Shown here in pieces: positions 13,633 through 26,433 of a stretch of 64,000 nt of DNA (its first letter is position 1; every line of letters begins with the position of its first letter). Source of the DNA: Cetorhinus maximus (taxonomy: Eukaryota); contig NC_135894.1 in the NCBI RefSeq assembly GCF_964194155.1, positions 2,356,001 through 2,420,000 on the forward strand, given 5' to 3'. The notes beneath the pieces are model-generated. The model saw only the letters and a list, made by a program, of their open reading frames with translations. It ran no database searches and was not told the origin of the DNA. Made by a program: the position numbers and the translations under genes.

Positions 13633-13823
13633 ATGGAGAGGAAAGGTCAGAAATTGAGAACAATTGATTGCAATGTTCCAACAATAGGACGGAAGTTATC
13701 ATCTTGGATTCACCCTCTTTCTCGAGTTGATTCGTGAATAATATTAGCAATTCGGATATGATATACACTTTACATTATTCAATTATTTTTACTATCCTAC
13801 TGTGGCTATTGTTGGTGTCCATG
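13633..13823 (+). pseudogene. GPR139-like GPCR pseudogene copy A, exon 1 (N-terminus and first half of TM1)
   Basis: ATG 13633 MERKGQKLRTIDCNVPT..., in-frame TGA stops and a +1 shift, then YYPTVAIVGVH-G|gtaag donor at 13824; upstream sequence aligns with 44830-44950. Confidence 0.75.
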
Positions 13824-14284
13824 GTAAGGCTCTCTATTCAGATAGTAATTCATGGAGCCATGTTTAAATGTATTAATGTTCCTGTCATTGACTTTGCCCT
13901 GTTTGCTGCTTTTGAGTTTTTCTGTTGAGCCCCTGTATCCACTAATTAAGTCTACCAAACACTGTTAACTGTGTTCGTGTTTCTGTTTTTGACTATTCAC
14001 TTTCCCCTCATTGTTCTTGCTGTAATTCCTGCGAAGTCCCTATATCGAGCATTGCGGTCTATATCCATTATATTTGGAACCTGGAGGCCATTCTCTCCAT
14101 TTCCACTCGGTTCCGTATTCACTGACTCCATTCCTTATCTGGCACTCTGGTCGATATGTGAGGCGGAAACACGTTGCTTAAAACTTGTGATTTGTCTTTG
14201 AACCTCAGCTGATCCCATGCCCACTTTATCCCAAATCCTGTGTACAATCAATTACTGATTATGAACCTCAGTTTAACTCCAGCT

Positions 14285-14600
14285 GTCACTGTGACTTCCA
14301 GACTCAGCCATTTCAATTCTCTGCTGACCACACTCTCAGAAACACATTTGCCGAAACAACGACCAAAGTTCTGCTGCCCATACCTGAAGTCACACCAGAA
14401 ACCGTTCACACACCATTCCTTTGCTCCCTAAAATATATCGCTAGCTTCTTTAGCAATGCCTTAATTTTAATATTTCCAGTGATAAAATCCCTCCATGGCA
14501 TTGCACCGCTGATTGCCCAAATATATGTCTTCGCACAAAGCAGCTGTTGTTCACATTTCGTTTGATTCCCTCTCACCTGACTCTCTAATTGACATGTGTT
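14285..14600 (+). mobile_element. L2-like LINE 3' fragment
   Basis: acttccagactc..ttcaattctctgctg, ccttaattttaatattt..aaatccctccatggc resemble the L2 ORF2 C-terminus. Confidence 0.5.
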
Positions 14601-15239
14601 TTCTTCCTTCCCGAGGTCCTCTTTTCCTTACCTTCCGAAAATTACGTGTGAGCTGTACATCTCACCTTGTTCGTCAGATAAGCCGCCGGTGCATCGTGCA
14701 TAGGCTGGTACAGCGAGGCAGTGTCTGAATGTGACTCAACCAGCCGTTTCACCAAACGTAGCAATGGCTGAATTTATAATTCCATTCTTGTGTTTGAATG
14801 CTTTCTGTGTCTTCATTCCTCCAATGTGTGACATTCCCTTTCCACATATATCTGCAAATTGTTGTCCATTATTCATTTGTATAACTTCCTGTTAAAATTC
14901 CATTTCTATCCTTCTGTGTCTTCCCTAGGATGGGTTTTGGGTCCCATAGGCTCACTGGTGCTTGTGTGCAGAGTTCAGAAAAGATGAATTCCTGCGGGTG
15001 TCACTGCTGGAATCTCCCACTTGGTTCTCCATGTTGCAAAGTCTGTTTCAGCAGCTTCGTGAAGATTCTTTAAATATTGGTGTGTCCCTGTCCATTGTAT
15101 GCCTGTGTTAATTACTGCCAGCGAATCGTATGTTAATCAGCGAGAGAAACCAATTTTTTGTTATTATTTAAAAGAAAGAAAAACATCTAGCTTGCAACTT
15201 AAGGTCTATTACTGACTTCTAAAACTGCCATTTTAGGGG

Positions 15240-18200
15240 AGGTGCTGCGGGCGGTTTTCTGTTGGATGTGTTGTGAACTGCTGCGCACTTTCAGGGAGGA
15301 CAGAGGATTTGATTACCCAACTCTGGCCGAACTATGGGAAATTAATTCACAGCGCACCTAGGTCTGTATCATTTCCAAGAAATGGAGCAGAGACTGCAGA
15401 TAATGGAAGCTCTGTAAAGAGGGAGGTCGATGGGGTGCTTTGCAATATCCTCTCCGGATTGTCACGACCTAATTAACAACCTACATCTGAACAAGAAGCA
15501 GCGTGTTAGGCGACTCTGATTAAAAAAGGAGGTGGTCACAGTGCTGCGTCTCCTCCTTCAAAACGACCTGGAGCCTCAACCAAGTGTGAGGGCAGGGATT
15601 GTTGTCAATGGCCGTTAAGGTCACAGTTCCATTGAACTTCCATGGATCTGGATCTTTCCAGAGTGGGACAGGTGACATATCCATCTCCTCCCAGTATGCT
15701 TTACAACGATGGATGCAGTAGGTGATATAAACCATCTATGCTGGGAGAACTGAATGCAATGTTTTCTCCCTCAGCGGAGAGAAGCATGAGGAGAGGCCAT
15801 CTCGTTTTACAAGCATGGCATACGTGGCTCTGCTGGGCCCCCATGTCAACGGAGAGAGGTAAAGGCAATGAACGAGCTTTCACTCCAGGAATGTAGAGTT
15901 GCTATTTGACCATGCACAGTACATGGATTTGATGAAGGCCCTCAATTCTGACAGCAGCTATGATGCATTCATTAGGGAGCAGACAGCCATTCCTACCGTC
16001 TTTGGACTTCCACGAAGTAGCAAAGGGTAGCTTATCAGAGATGAATCCATTGGGTTCACTGTCGAAAAGTTTTGCCCTTTGAGATCCCGATCTTATCAAG
16101 CACTCTCCAACAGCCTCTAAGGGTCTTGCGTCAACAAAATGTCCTCTCCGCCTCCTCCTTCTACTCCTCCTCCACCTGAGGAGCTTTCAGGATTCCTGGT
16201 GATAATGCTCAAATTTCGCACCAATCCACACTGCCATATATTTACGCACAAATAACACGTAGAGACTGAGAGCATTAGAACCGTCAGCAACATCGTGGAG
16301 TGGACATCGGTGTGATGATGCAACGCTTCTGATTCCTGAAGCGCTCTGAGTGAACCTTCCAGTACACGCTGTAGCAGGTGTTCAAGTTTCGGTTTCCTAT
16401 GCACCCTTCAGTTCTTCACCTTAATGAGGAGACAGGCATTGTCACCAGGAATCCGGTGGACACCTCTCGGTGTAGAGGAGGAGATGGAGGATGAGGCATA
16501 GAGGACATTTCCTGGATATCTTTGAGCCGGAGAGTCTATCGGTGAATGCCTGATAAGAGTCCGGAACCCAAAGCACAACACTTTCCACCAATCAACCTCA
16601 CATTACCCATCCTTACATCAATCTCAAAGAATGCATCCATTTGGCCACCTTTCTGTAATAAAATCCAGAAGCAAGAACCTTTTTTATTAACATATTTATA
16701 CAACAACATATCCAATTAAACAAAGAACAGCGCCTCCCCCCCCCCCCCCACCTCCCCATGTTTCCTTTCTTGTCGGCTCCCTCGAATTGCCTTGTGCTCT
16801 TACACAGCGCTTCTCCAGTGACTGCAGCATGGCTGGTGGAATGCCGCTTACGTTCAGAGGGGAAGGCTGAATATATTCTTGCTGGACAGCCTCGAGCAGC
16901 TCTGGGGTTGAGGGCTCAGAATGGGGCGGCGGCGCCTCGACATGGCCAGCAGCATTCTGGCTAAGGGGGGTGACAGCAAGAGTACTGACAAATTGGCATT
17001 AAATGGAGAACAAGTGCTGTCAACCACAGAAAGGACAGCAGGTTCGAACTCCATGGAGTCACATTACCCTCACGTGCTGGAACCTGTGCAATCCTATTAA
17101 TCAGCTGGAGCACAGGTTGCTGTGCTGCTGAGAGAATCTGAATGCCCCTTTGAGCACTGAGATCCACAGCCATGATGACAGCAACCTGAGCCTGCATGGC
17201 AGCAAGCATGGATCTCATGAGCGCAGTTTGAGCTCAAATGTGGCACTGAAATGTTGGATGGTTTCAGCGTGAGCTTCAGCGGAAGTTGAGACAATGTTCA
17301 CCAGATATTGTGTCACAGCTGGGCCCGCTACAGCAATCAAGGTGTTATCCGCCATTTCCATATTATTCAGCAATGTTTTCACCTGAATCCTATGTATCAG
17401 AATTCGTCTGATATCTCACCATCCGATAATCTGGCACACGGGCTATCCGTTCCCACTGGCCTGGCTGCTGCAAACTGGCGCTCGGTGATTTATCACGGAC
17501 ATGTTCTAACTTTGCAGCAGACTTCCATTTACAAACTTTGAAAATATTTGGACTGTTGTTTATAACTTCCAGACCAAGAGATGGAGGTTCATCATATGTG
17601 ACGTGCTGCTTCACACACTCTCTCCATCGTCCACTTCCTCTGTCGTCACACAGCACCACCTTTCTCTGCCCCTTCGTTACTCCAGAACCCCCACTCATTC
17701 GCGAACCCCTTCACGCTGTCGCTCTCTTCTGGAGCTGAAGTGTCTTGGATCCTGGCAGTTAATTGGATCGCATAATGTCAGAACGAGTGGGTTGGGAATG
17801 TCAGGGGAATTGCTGGTGAGTGGGATATGGAGTGCGGTAGAAAGCAAGAGGCCCATGGATGCAGCATTTGCACCTTGTACATCATCCTAGGCAGCAGGAC
17901 AAGGGTTAGCTGGGAGCTCAGAAGGCGCATAAGGCAGGAGTATAGTATCATCCAATATACTGTCAGTGACATCGGATGCTACAGGCTCTGTCAAAGCCGT
18001 TCCCAAGACACAGAGAACCATCTCCTCCCTCAGGCTCAGGAGTCGATGTCTCCCCTTGTCCTTGCCTGTTCTTTTCAGCTTCCTGTGATTAAGGAACCAC
18101 ATTTTCCCTCAATGGAGAGAAGGTAAAATGTCAGTATTCCAATTCGTGTGCTCCTGGAGACAGGAATGGTGTCAGGAATTGGCAGGTCTTTGGGTCACTT

Positions 18201-18290
18201 TTACAGTCATCTGCTGGCGTGCATGTGTACAAATAAGTAAATGACGCGGGCTGGCACTGAGCACCACCAACATGCCAGCCCCTGAATTTT
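15240..18290 (+). mobile_element. PIF/Harbinger DNA transposon remnant (transposase + ~15440-16560, probable second ORF on - ~16750-18130)
   Basis: LLQNDLEP..AVKVTVPLNFHGSGSFQSGTGDISISSQ (15550-15700), SSYDAFI, IGV..QRF, acidic tail; HARBI1-like DDE transposase. Confidence 0.8.
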
Positions 18291-18291
18291 A

Positions 18292-18800
18292 TTTTTATTA
18301 TTTTCTTTTAATTCATTCACGAGATGTGGGCTTCACTGGCAGGGCCAGCATTTATTTCCCACACGTAGTTGCCCTTGAGATGGGGATGGTGATGTGCATT
18401 CTTTGTCCGCAGTAGCCAATGTGGAGTAGGTAAACCCATAGTGCTGTTAGTGAGGGAGTACTAGGATTTGAACCAACGACTTTGAAGGAACAGCGATACA
18501 TTTCCAAGTCAGAATGCTGAGTAACTTGGAGGGGTACATACAGGTTATGATGTTCCCATGTATCTGCTGCCCTTCTTCTTTTAGCTGGCAAAACTCATGG
18601 GTTTTGAATGTGCTATCGAAAAAATCATGGTGAAATCCTTGTAGTTGGTTCACGCTGCTGCTAATGTGTGTCATCGGTGGAAGGAGTGAATATTATTCGG
18701 CTTGCTGCAAATCATGAGGGCTACTTCGTCCTGGACAGCACTCAGATTGTTCAGTATTATGTGCGCTGCATTCAAACAATTCTGAAGTGTTCCATCATAA
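18292..18800 (-). mobile_element. 3' end of the second LINE family (tail shared with the SINE)
   Basis: T-rich start then attcattcacgagatgtgggcttcactggcagggccagcatttatttccc..gcccttgaga. Confidence 0.8.
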
Positions 18801-18919
18801 CTGAGGGTGGGGCTGGGAGCGTGCAGCTAAATTGGGGTATCTGACACACAGGTATCATAATTGGGATATAGTCCCTCCCTTCTATCAAACACAGGTCATG
18901 AGATGAAATGAGGCAGTTC

Positions 18920-21545
18920 TGAGCAGTGAGCTCTTAGCGTGAGCAATCCCAGAGGTGGAGCTTTTCTGAATGGAAAGGGAGTCGTGTGTGCAAGGAACTG
19001 TAAAACGCTCTCTCTAATTTAGCTAACTGTTTCTATCACTAAGCCTGTCTGCTCCATCGGTTTATCACAGTAGACTAGTCAAGAGGCATCCTGTCACCGC
19101 CACAATAAGAATCATACGTTACAGATAATAGCCCAGGCATTCCTGTCACCAGCCCTGTCTAGGCCCAGTCCCAGGACAACGCAGGCCCAGCAGAGGTGGC
19201 GGCGCTGTTGTATACAGTCAGGGCTAGGCTACCGTGGACGTCCTCAACATTGACTCCAGCCCAAGGAAGTCTCATGGCATCAGGTTAAACATGCGCAAAG
19301 TAAACCAAAGGTGATGACCATGTATCACAACGCGCCCAATCCCAACTCAACCCGCAGTCAGATGATGAACCAGTGTTTCTCCAAGTTTGAACAACACTTT
19401 GAGGGAGCACTGATAATTGCAAGGGTACAACTTGTACTCTGGGTGGGGGATCGCAAGCTTCATTACCAAGAGCCCATTTGGTAGCACCATTTCAGGCAGA
19501 GCTCGCCGAAAACTAAAGAACGTTACAGCTAGACTAAGTCTGAGGCAGGTGGTGAGGGAATCAACCAGAGGAAAGAAACTTACTTGACTTCATCCTCACC
19601 AACCTGCCTGCCGCTGATTCATCAGTCTATGACAGTATCGCTAAGAATAATTGGCGCACAGGCCTTGTGGAGACGAATTTCCGTCTTCACGTTGAGGATA
19701 GCCTCCAATATGTTGTGCAGAACTACCAGCGTGCTAAATTTTATTGAGTGCTAACAGGCGTAGTAGATCAGATATGAGCTGTGGCCTCATTAAACTCCAC
19801 AACCTACCATTGCCATCAAGACGCGGGGTCAACTGGTTCAAAGATGAGTGCAGGAGGCCATGGCAGTATCGGCACCATGAAAATGAGGAATAGACCAGGC
19901 CAAGTTACAACAGATGACTGTTAGCGTGCCGAACAGCTTAAGTAACGAATGATAGAGAGAGCCAATCGATCCCACAATGATTGAATTACATGCAAACTCT
20001 TCAGCCCTGCGGCATCCCATCGTGAATAGTGATGGACAAGTAAGCAACTTACTGGAGGAGGACGCTCACGAAATTTCCAAAGGTTCAATGATGGGGTTGA
20101 TAGGACAAAAGTGCGAAAGATGGCGTTTAATTACTTGCAAGTATTTTGCATCTCGCCCTTCTGCTGAGGTTCCCAACATTATTGATGCCTGTCGTTTCGT
20201 TCCACGTGATATGAAGAAATGGCTGAAGGCACTGCATCCTTCAATGGATTTAGGCAATTCGAATGCTCTTCAAAACAACTGTTGCATTGTGTTCAAGAAA
20301 CAGCTGCGCATGAGCCAAGCTATGTAGAGGTGGTTTAGTGGTGATCTTGCTGGACTAGTCATTCAGAGGACCAGACAAATGCACAAGAGGCGTGCGTTGA
20401 AACCCCACCACCGCATGTTTTGTAACGTGATGTCAGTTAAAAGAAATCAAAATTGACAGCAAGCCTCAATGATCATGATAATAAAGGCATCATCGATTGT
20501 ATTCAAACGCCATTTTGGTTAAGTAGCCGCATTGAGGGAAGAACATCTGCCGAGTTTGTCTGGCCTGAATGTGATTCCCGTTCTGCAGCAATATGGGTGA
20601 CTCGAAAATGCGCTCTGAAATGGCTGAAAAGGGCAATTATGGGAGGTTATCATTGCCTTGCCAGAGACACACCCAGAGTATGACAACATTAAAAATAAAT
20701 TATGTTCAAGTACAGCTACAAAACTGGCATCCCCACAGCAAAGTGGAAAAGTGCCCAGGAATGACCCCGCACACAGAAAGAAGGCCAAATCCAAACCTCC
20801 CAATTCCCGCCTCATTAGTGTACTCTCGATCATCAGCAAACTGATGGATGGGGTCATCGACATTGCTATCACAATTATTGCTTAATAATAAACTGCTCAC
20901 TGACACGGAGTTTGGCTCACTCAGTTCCTGACCTCATTAGAGCATTGGTTCACACATGGACAGAAGAGTTGAACTCCAGAAGTAAATGGACAATGATTGC
21001 CCTTGACATCAAAGCAGCATTTTATAGAATGTGACAACAAGGAGCTCTAGGGAGGCTGGAGTTGATGGGGATCAGGCTGCAAACTCGCTGCCGGTAAGAG
21101 TCATATCGAACACACAAAGAAAAATGTCGGAGTTTGTTGGAGGTCAGTCATCCCAGCTCCATGACATCGCTGCAGGGGTTTCTAAGGTTAGTGTTCTAGG
21201 CCCAAATATCTTCACCTGCGTCATCAATGACCTACAGTCCATCATAAGTTCAGAAGTAGGGGTTTTCGCTGATTATTTGCATAAAGTCTTGCAACATTTG
21301 TGACATTTCACATACTGAAGCAGTCCCTGTCCCAGTGCAGGAGGTTCCGCACAAATCCAGGATTTGTCTGACAATGGGAAGCAGCAGTCTTGCCAATTAA
21401 GAGCCAGGAAACCCGCATCCCCAACAATAGAGAATCTAACCATTACAAATTGACATTCAGGGGTGTTACAATCGGTGAATACCCCGATAACAACATCCAT
21501 GGGGTTACCATTAAACCAAACCTAATCGGATTTATTATATCCTTA
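18920..21545 (+). mobile_element. Body of second LINE family (APE + RT; CR1/L2 group, clade not certain)
   Basis: LDFILTNL ~19583, LISVLSIISKLMDGVI, ALDIKAAF ~20998, VSKVSVLGPNIFTCVINDL and FADY ~21180-21277. Confidence 0.8.
20326..20700 (+). mobile_element. tRNA-derived SINE with 5-bp TSD, inserted in the LINE
   Basis: A-box-like ggtggtttagtggt, B-box-like gttgaaacccc, LINE-type tail, A-rich end; TATGT at 20321-20325 and 20701-20705. Confidence 0.8.
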
Positions 21546-23140
21546 CATCAGAGCAGAGCAAGTCACTCGAAAAGGAAATAATGAGATTGCAGAGACAACG
21601 TGTTCCCGCAAATGTGAATGGTTGAACCAAGACGTTCGACAAAACCTGGGTGTCGAGAAATGCAAGTTATTCGGTAAGAAATCAAAGAAACAGTAAAGCT
21701 TATGCTAGGTAACGAGGGCTCAGAACAGCGGACGCCCCATAAGAGTATTCAAAGTTCTGTGGGTTATTGAAAATGTAATTTGGAGAGCGAAGTGTAGGCA
21801 TGAGAATAATCACTGGCATCGAAAATAACATTAATTCCCAAATGGGATTTACAAGTATGTTAGTGGCAAGATGATACCCAGGGGACTAGTAGAGCACATT
21901 AGGTATCCAAGTGACAATATTAATGAGTAGAGGTAAGATAAAGGTACGTTTTTAAAAGAGTGCTTTGCATCGGTACCCACTATCGAGATGGATGATATAC
22001 GTATAGTAATAATATGTATGAAGAAGACAATTGCACATTGGATGCATGGCAATTTGATACGCTGGATACAAAATTAGCTCAGTTGTAGGAGGCAGAGTGT
22101 GATGACAGAAGAATGATTTATTGAGTGTACGCCAGTGTCCAGGGGAGGACCACAGGGATCTGTGCTCGGTCCTCTATTATTTGTCATTTATATAAACGAC
22201 GTTTTTGACAATGTGTGGGATGGTATTAGTACGTTTGTGGGTTGCACAAAGATGGACAAGGTGGTTAACTGTGAGTTTGATTGTCTTGAGCTACAGGAAG
22301 ATATAGACGGAATAGTCAAATAGGCAGATACGTGGCAAATCGAAGTTTTCCGTGAAAAGTGTTACATGATACACTTCGGAAGGAGTAAATTGACAAGGAA
22401 GTACTCAATGAACGGCATGACACTAGGAAGTTCTGAGGAACAAAGGGATCTTGGCGTGTGTGTCCATAGATATCTGAAGGCAGAGGGGCATCTGAGGGGG
22501 GTGGTCAAAAAGGCATATGGGAGACTTGCCCTTATCATTTGAGGCATATGTTACAAATGTAGAGAGTTCACATGAGAGTTTTATTGAAACTTTGTGAGGC
22601 CACAGCAGGCGTATTGATTTGTAGTTCTAGCTGGATCATTATACAAATGATGTGATTGATCTGGAGTGGGTGCAGAGGAAGTTCAACAGGGCGTTGACTG
22701 GGATGAAATATTTACTTTATGAAGGGATGTTTGATAGAGTTAGGTCGTTTTCGTTGGTTCAGAGAAGACTAAGGGGCGAAACTTCCGAGGTGCACAACAT
22801 AATGAGGGGCATAGGCAGGGTGGATAGGGTACAAATTCTTCCCCTTAGTTGAAGTGTCGGTCATAAGGGTGCATAAGTTCAGGGTGAGGGGCAGGAGGTT
22901 TAGGTTGGATGTGAGAAAATGTTTTTTTTATCCCGAGGGTGGTTACGGTCTGGAATGCACTGCCTGGGAGGGTGGTGGAGACTGATTGGCTCACATCATT
23001 TAAAATGTACCTGCATGAGCAAATAGCTGTGGGCCAAGTGCTGGTAAATGGGATTAGGTAGGTAGGTCAGGTGTTTCCCATGTGTCGTTTTAGTCTCGAT
23101 GGGCCGCAGGGGCTCTTCTGCACTGTGTGATTCTCTGATA
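21546..23140 (+). mobile_element. CR1 LINE, internally deleted, RT to 3' end
   Basis: GPQGSVLGPLLFVIYIND (22147-22200), LEWVQRKFNR, terminus gggctcttctgcactgtgtgattct. Confidence 0.85.
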
Positions 23141-23430
23141 TGTGTTTATCTTTGCATCTTTGTTTCGTATTGTGCATATATGTGTGTGAGTCTTTGAGTG
23201 TGTGTGTGTCTGTGTGTTTGATTTCTGTGCATATGCATTTCTGTGAGAACCCAGCAGCGTGCATGCATATTTTTTTTGTTCTTGCGTTTGAGCGTGTGTG
23301 TCCATGTGGGTGAGTATTTAATTTTTGGGGGGTTTTGTGTCAATCTTTTGACGTGTGTGCTTCTTTGAGCGCATGTGTTTGCTCATTAGTGTCTGTTTGA
23401 ATGTGTTTGTTTGCATTTGTACATGTGTGA

Positions 23431-23881
23431 NNNNNNNNNNNNNNNNNNNNNNNNNNNNNNNNNNNNNNNNNNNNNNNNNNNNNNNNNNNNNNNNNNNNNN
23501 NNNNNNNNNNNNNNNNNNNNNNNNNNNNNNNNNNNNNNNNNNNNNNNNNNNNNNNNNNNNNNNNNNNNNNNNNNNNNNNNNNNNNNNNNNNNNNNNNNNN
23601 NNNNNNNNNNNNNNNNNNNNNNNNNNNNNNNNNNNNNNNNNNNNNNNNNNNNNNNNNNNNNNNNNNNNNNNNNNNNNNNNNNNNNNNNNNNNNNNNNNNN
23701 NNNNNNNNNNNNNNNNNNNNNNNNNNNNNNNNNNNNNNNNNNNNNNNNNNNNNNNNNNNNNNNNNNNNNNNNNNNNNNNNNNNNNNNNNNNNNNNNNNNN
23801 NNNNNNNNNNNNNNNNNNNNNNNNNNNNNNNNNNNNNNNNNNNNNNNNNNNNNNNNNNNNNNNNNNNNNNNNNNNNNNNNN
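23431..23881. other. Assembly gap (451 N)
   Basis: Run of N. Confidence 1.
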
Positions 23882-24479
23882 GGGTGGAGGAGAGACAGAG
23901 AGTTGGAAAAGATTAACTTATTTTCTCCGGGATTATGCTTTCGTGGCAAGGCTTCCATTTTTTTTCCCATTCCAAATTTCCCTTGAGAAGTGTGTGAATA
24001 ATTAATTTATTCTGTGCGTGCACATGTGTGTGCGATTATATGTGTGGTTGTGTCTATTCTTTGCTTTTCAATGTGTGGGAGTTTCCGTGAATGTTTTTGT
24101 GCGTGTTTGTGTGTGTTCCTGTGTGTGTGTGTGTCAGAGATACAGAGAGAGAAGGAGCGGGAGAGGTACGTATTTCTGAAGGGACTGGTGCATTTTTGGC
24201 TAGGAAATCATTTATTTCCCGTTGCGGTTGAGAAATGTGTGTGCGTGTGTGTGTGAGCGTTTTCGTGAGAGTGTGTGAGTGAGGATGTATGAATTTCTGT
24301 ACGTCTGTTTTCGTATGTATTTGTCTGCGTTTATGTTTCTGTGTGTATGTGTGTCATTGCTTCTATGCATGTGATCCTGTGTGGGATTGTGAGTGAGCAT
24401 GCCGGTGCGTTTATGTATGTGTGTGTGCGTGTGTGTGTGTGTGTATGTATGCGTGTGTGTGTATGTATGTGTGTATGTA

Positions 24480-24917
24480 TGTGCATATGTGTTTGAATGT
24501 GTGTTTCTGTATTTGTGTCTGCGTATTTTTTTTAGGCGCTATTTTATGTCCGTGCCGGAGGGACGTGACAGCGTGCAACTGTATGTCAGCTCAGTCAATT
24601 TGTATGTGTCCTTCTGTATGTGCATATGTGTGTTCACGTGGATGCCTGTGGGTGCAATTAGGTTGTGTGTGTGTGTGAATGTGATTGTCTGTGTGTGTGT
24701 GGCTCGGTATGTGTGATCCTTTATCTGTACCAGTGCATTTACGTGTGTGTGTGTGTCTCTGTGTGTGTGTATGTATGTCTGTCTGTGTGTGTTTGGCATA
24801 TATATATAGAGAGTCTTGTCTGCATATCTATGTTTGTGATTTTATGTGTGAGTGCGTGTGGGCGTTTGTGTGAGCCTGTGCATGTGTTATTGCCTGTGTG
24901 CATGTGTGCCTGTGAGT

Positions 24918-24949
<32 letters not shown>

Positions 24950-26118
24950 GAGTGTCTTGGTGCCTGCATGTGGTCTTATTTAGGTTTTCTGGCGTGTGAA
25001 CTTGCTTGCGAGTGCGTGCGTGTGTGTCTGTGTGTTTGTGTTTGCAAGTTTGCATATGGACGTATGCGTGCTTCTGTTTTGACAAATGCTTCTGGGCGTG
25101 AATTTGTGCGCGTTTTGTGTTTTTGCTTATGCTGCTTTGAGAGAGGCAGCGTTTTGGTGGCAGTATATGTGTTTATGAGAGCTGGTTTGTGCATGTCTCC
25201 GCGTCCATGTGTGTCTACATGCGAGTGTGTGTGTGTGTGAGAGAAAAATAATACCTGTGATTCTGCTTCTCTTTGTGAATGTGTCTGTCTGTGCCTGTCT
25301 ACATGCGTGTGTAAATGCGTGTGATTGTGTGTATGTCTGTGTCTGTGTGTGTGAGTGTGTGTCTGTGTGAGCCTGTATTTGATTGATTAAGTTTGTGTTT
25401 ATCTATGTATGCGATTGCTTCCTGGCATGTGGGTGTGTGTGTTTCTGTATGTGTGTTTTCTGCTAGTGTTTGTTAGAGTGAGACAGCGTTTGGGTGGCAG
25501 TGTATGTGTTTGTCAGGTTTGTTCCGTGTGCATCTGTGAGACCATGAGTGTGCGTGTGGCTTTATGCATGTGATAGAGAAATGATGTGCTGGTGTTCGTT
25601 TCTCTTTGTAATTGTGTATTTGTCCGTCCGTTTGTGTATGTATGCATGTGTGTGCGTCAGTCTCAGTGCACTTCGTAAGTATATTTGAATGACTTTTTCT
25701 ACGTCTGTGCTTCTGTGCATGTCAATGCGATTGTGTGTATGTGAAAAGGTTTACAATGACTAAGTGAGTGTCCCCATGAATGTGTGTATACATCTGGGTT
25801 GGTTTTTGTGTGTGTGTGTGTGTGTGACTTTGTGCACGTGAGTGCATGTGTTGGGCGAATAAAAATACGTTTGGTAATATGTGTGCATTTGTGTGTCTGT
25901 ATTTCAACATGTTTGTCTGTGCATTAAAGATTGCGATTTTGTGTCTGCAACTGTATATGTGGTTGTGTGTGTGGCATGTTTGTGTGTGCGTGTGTGTGTG
26001 TGTGTGAGTCTGCACCTTTTCGTGACTGCGTTTTTCTGTTAGTGTTCATGCAAGAATTAGAATTTCTGATACCGTGAATGTATGTTCCAGCGTTGGTCTG
26101 TGAGTTTCAGGTTGTGCA

Positions 26119-26149
<31 letters not shown>

Positions 26150-26395
26150 AATTGTATATGTGTTTGAATGTGTGTTTCTGTATTCGTGTCTGCGCATCTT
26201 TTAGGTGCTAGTGTATGTCCGTGCGGGAGGGACAAAATGTCCATGACAGCATGCAACTGTATGTCAGCTGAGTCCATTTGTATGTGTCCTTCTGTATGTG
26301 CATATGTGTGTTCATGTGGGTGCCTGTGTGTGCAAATAGGTTGTGTGTGTGTGTCTGGCTCGGAATGTGTGATCCTTTATCTGTACCGGTGCAAT

Positions 26396-26433
<38 letters not shown>

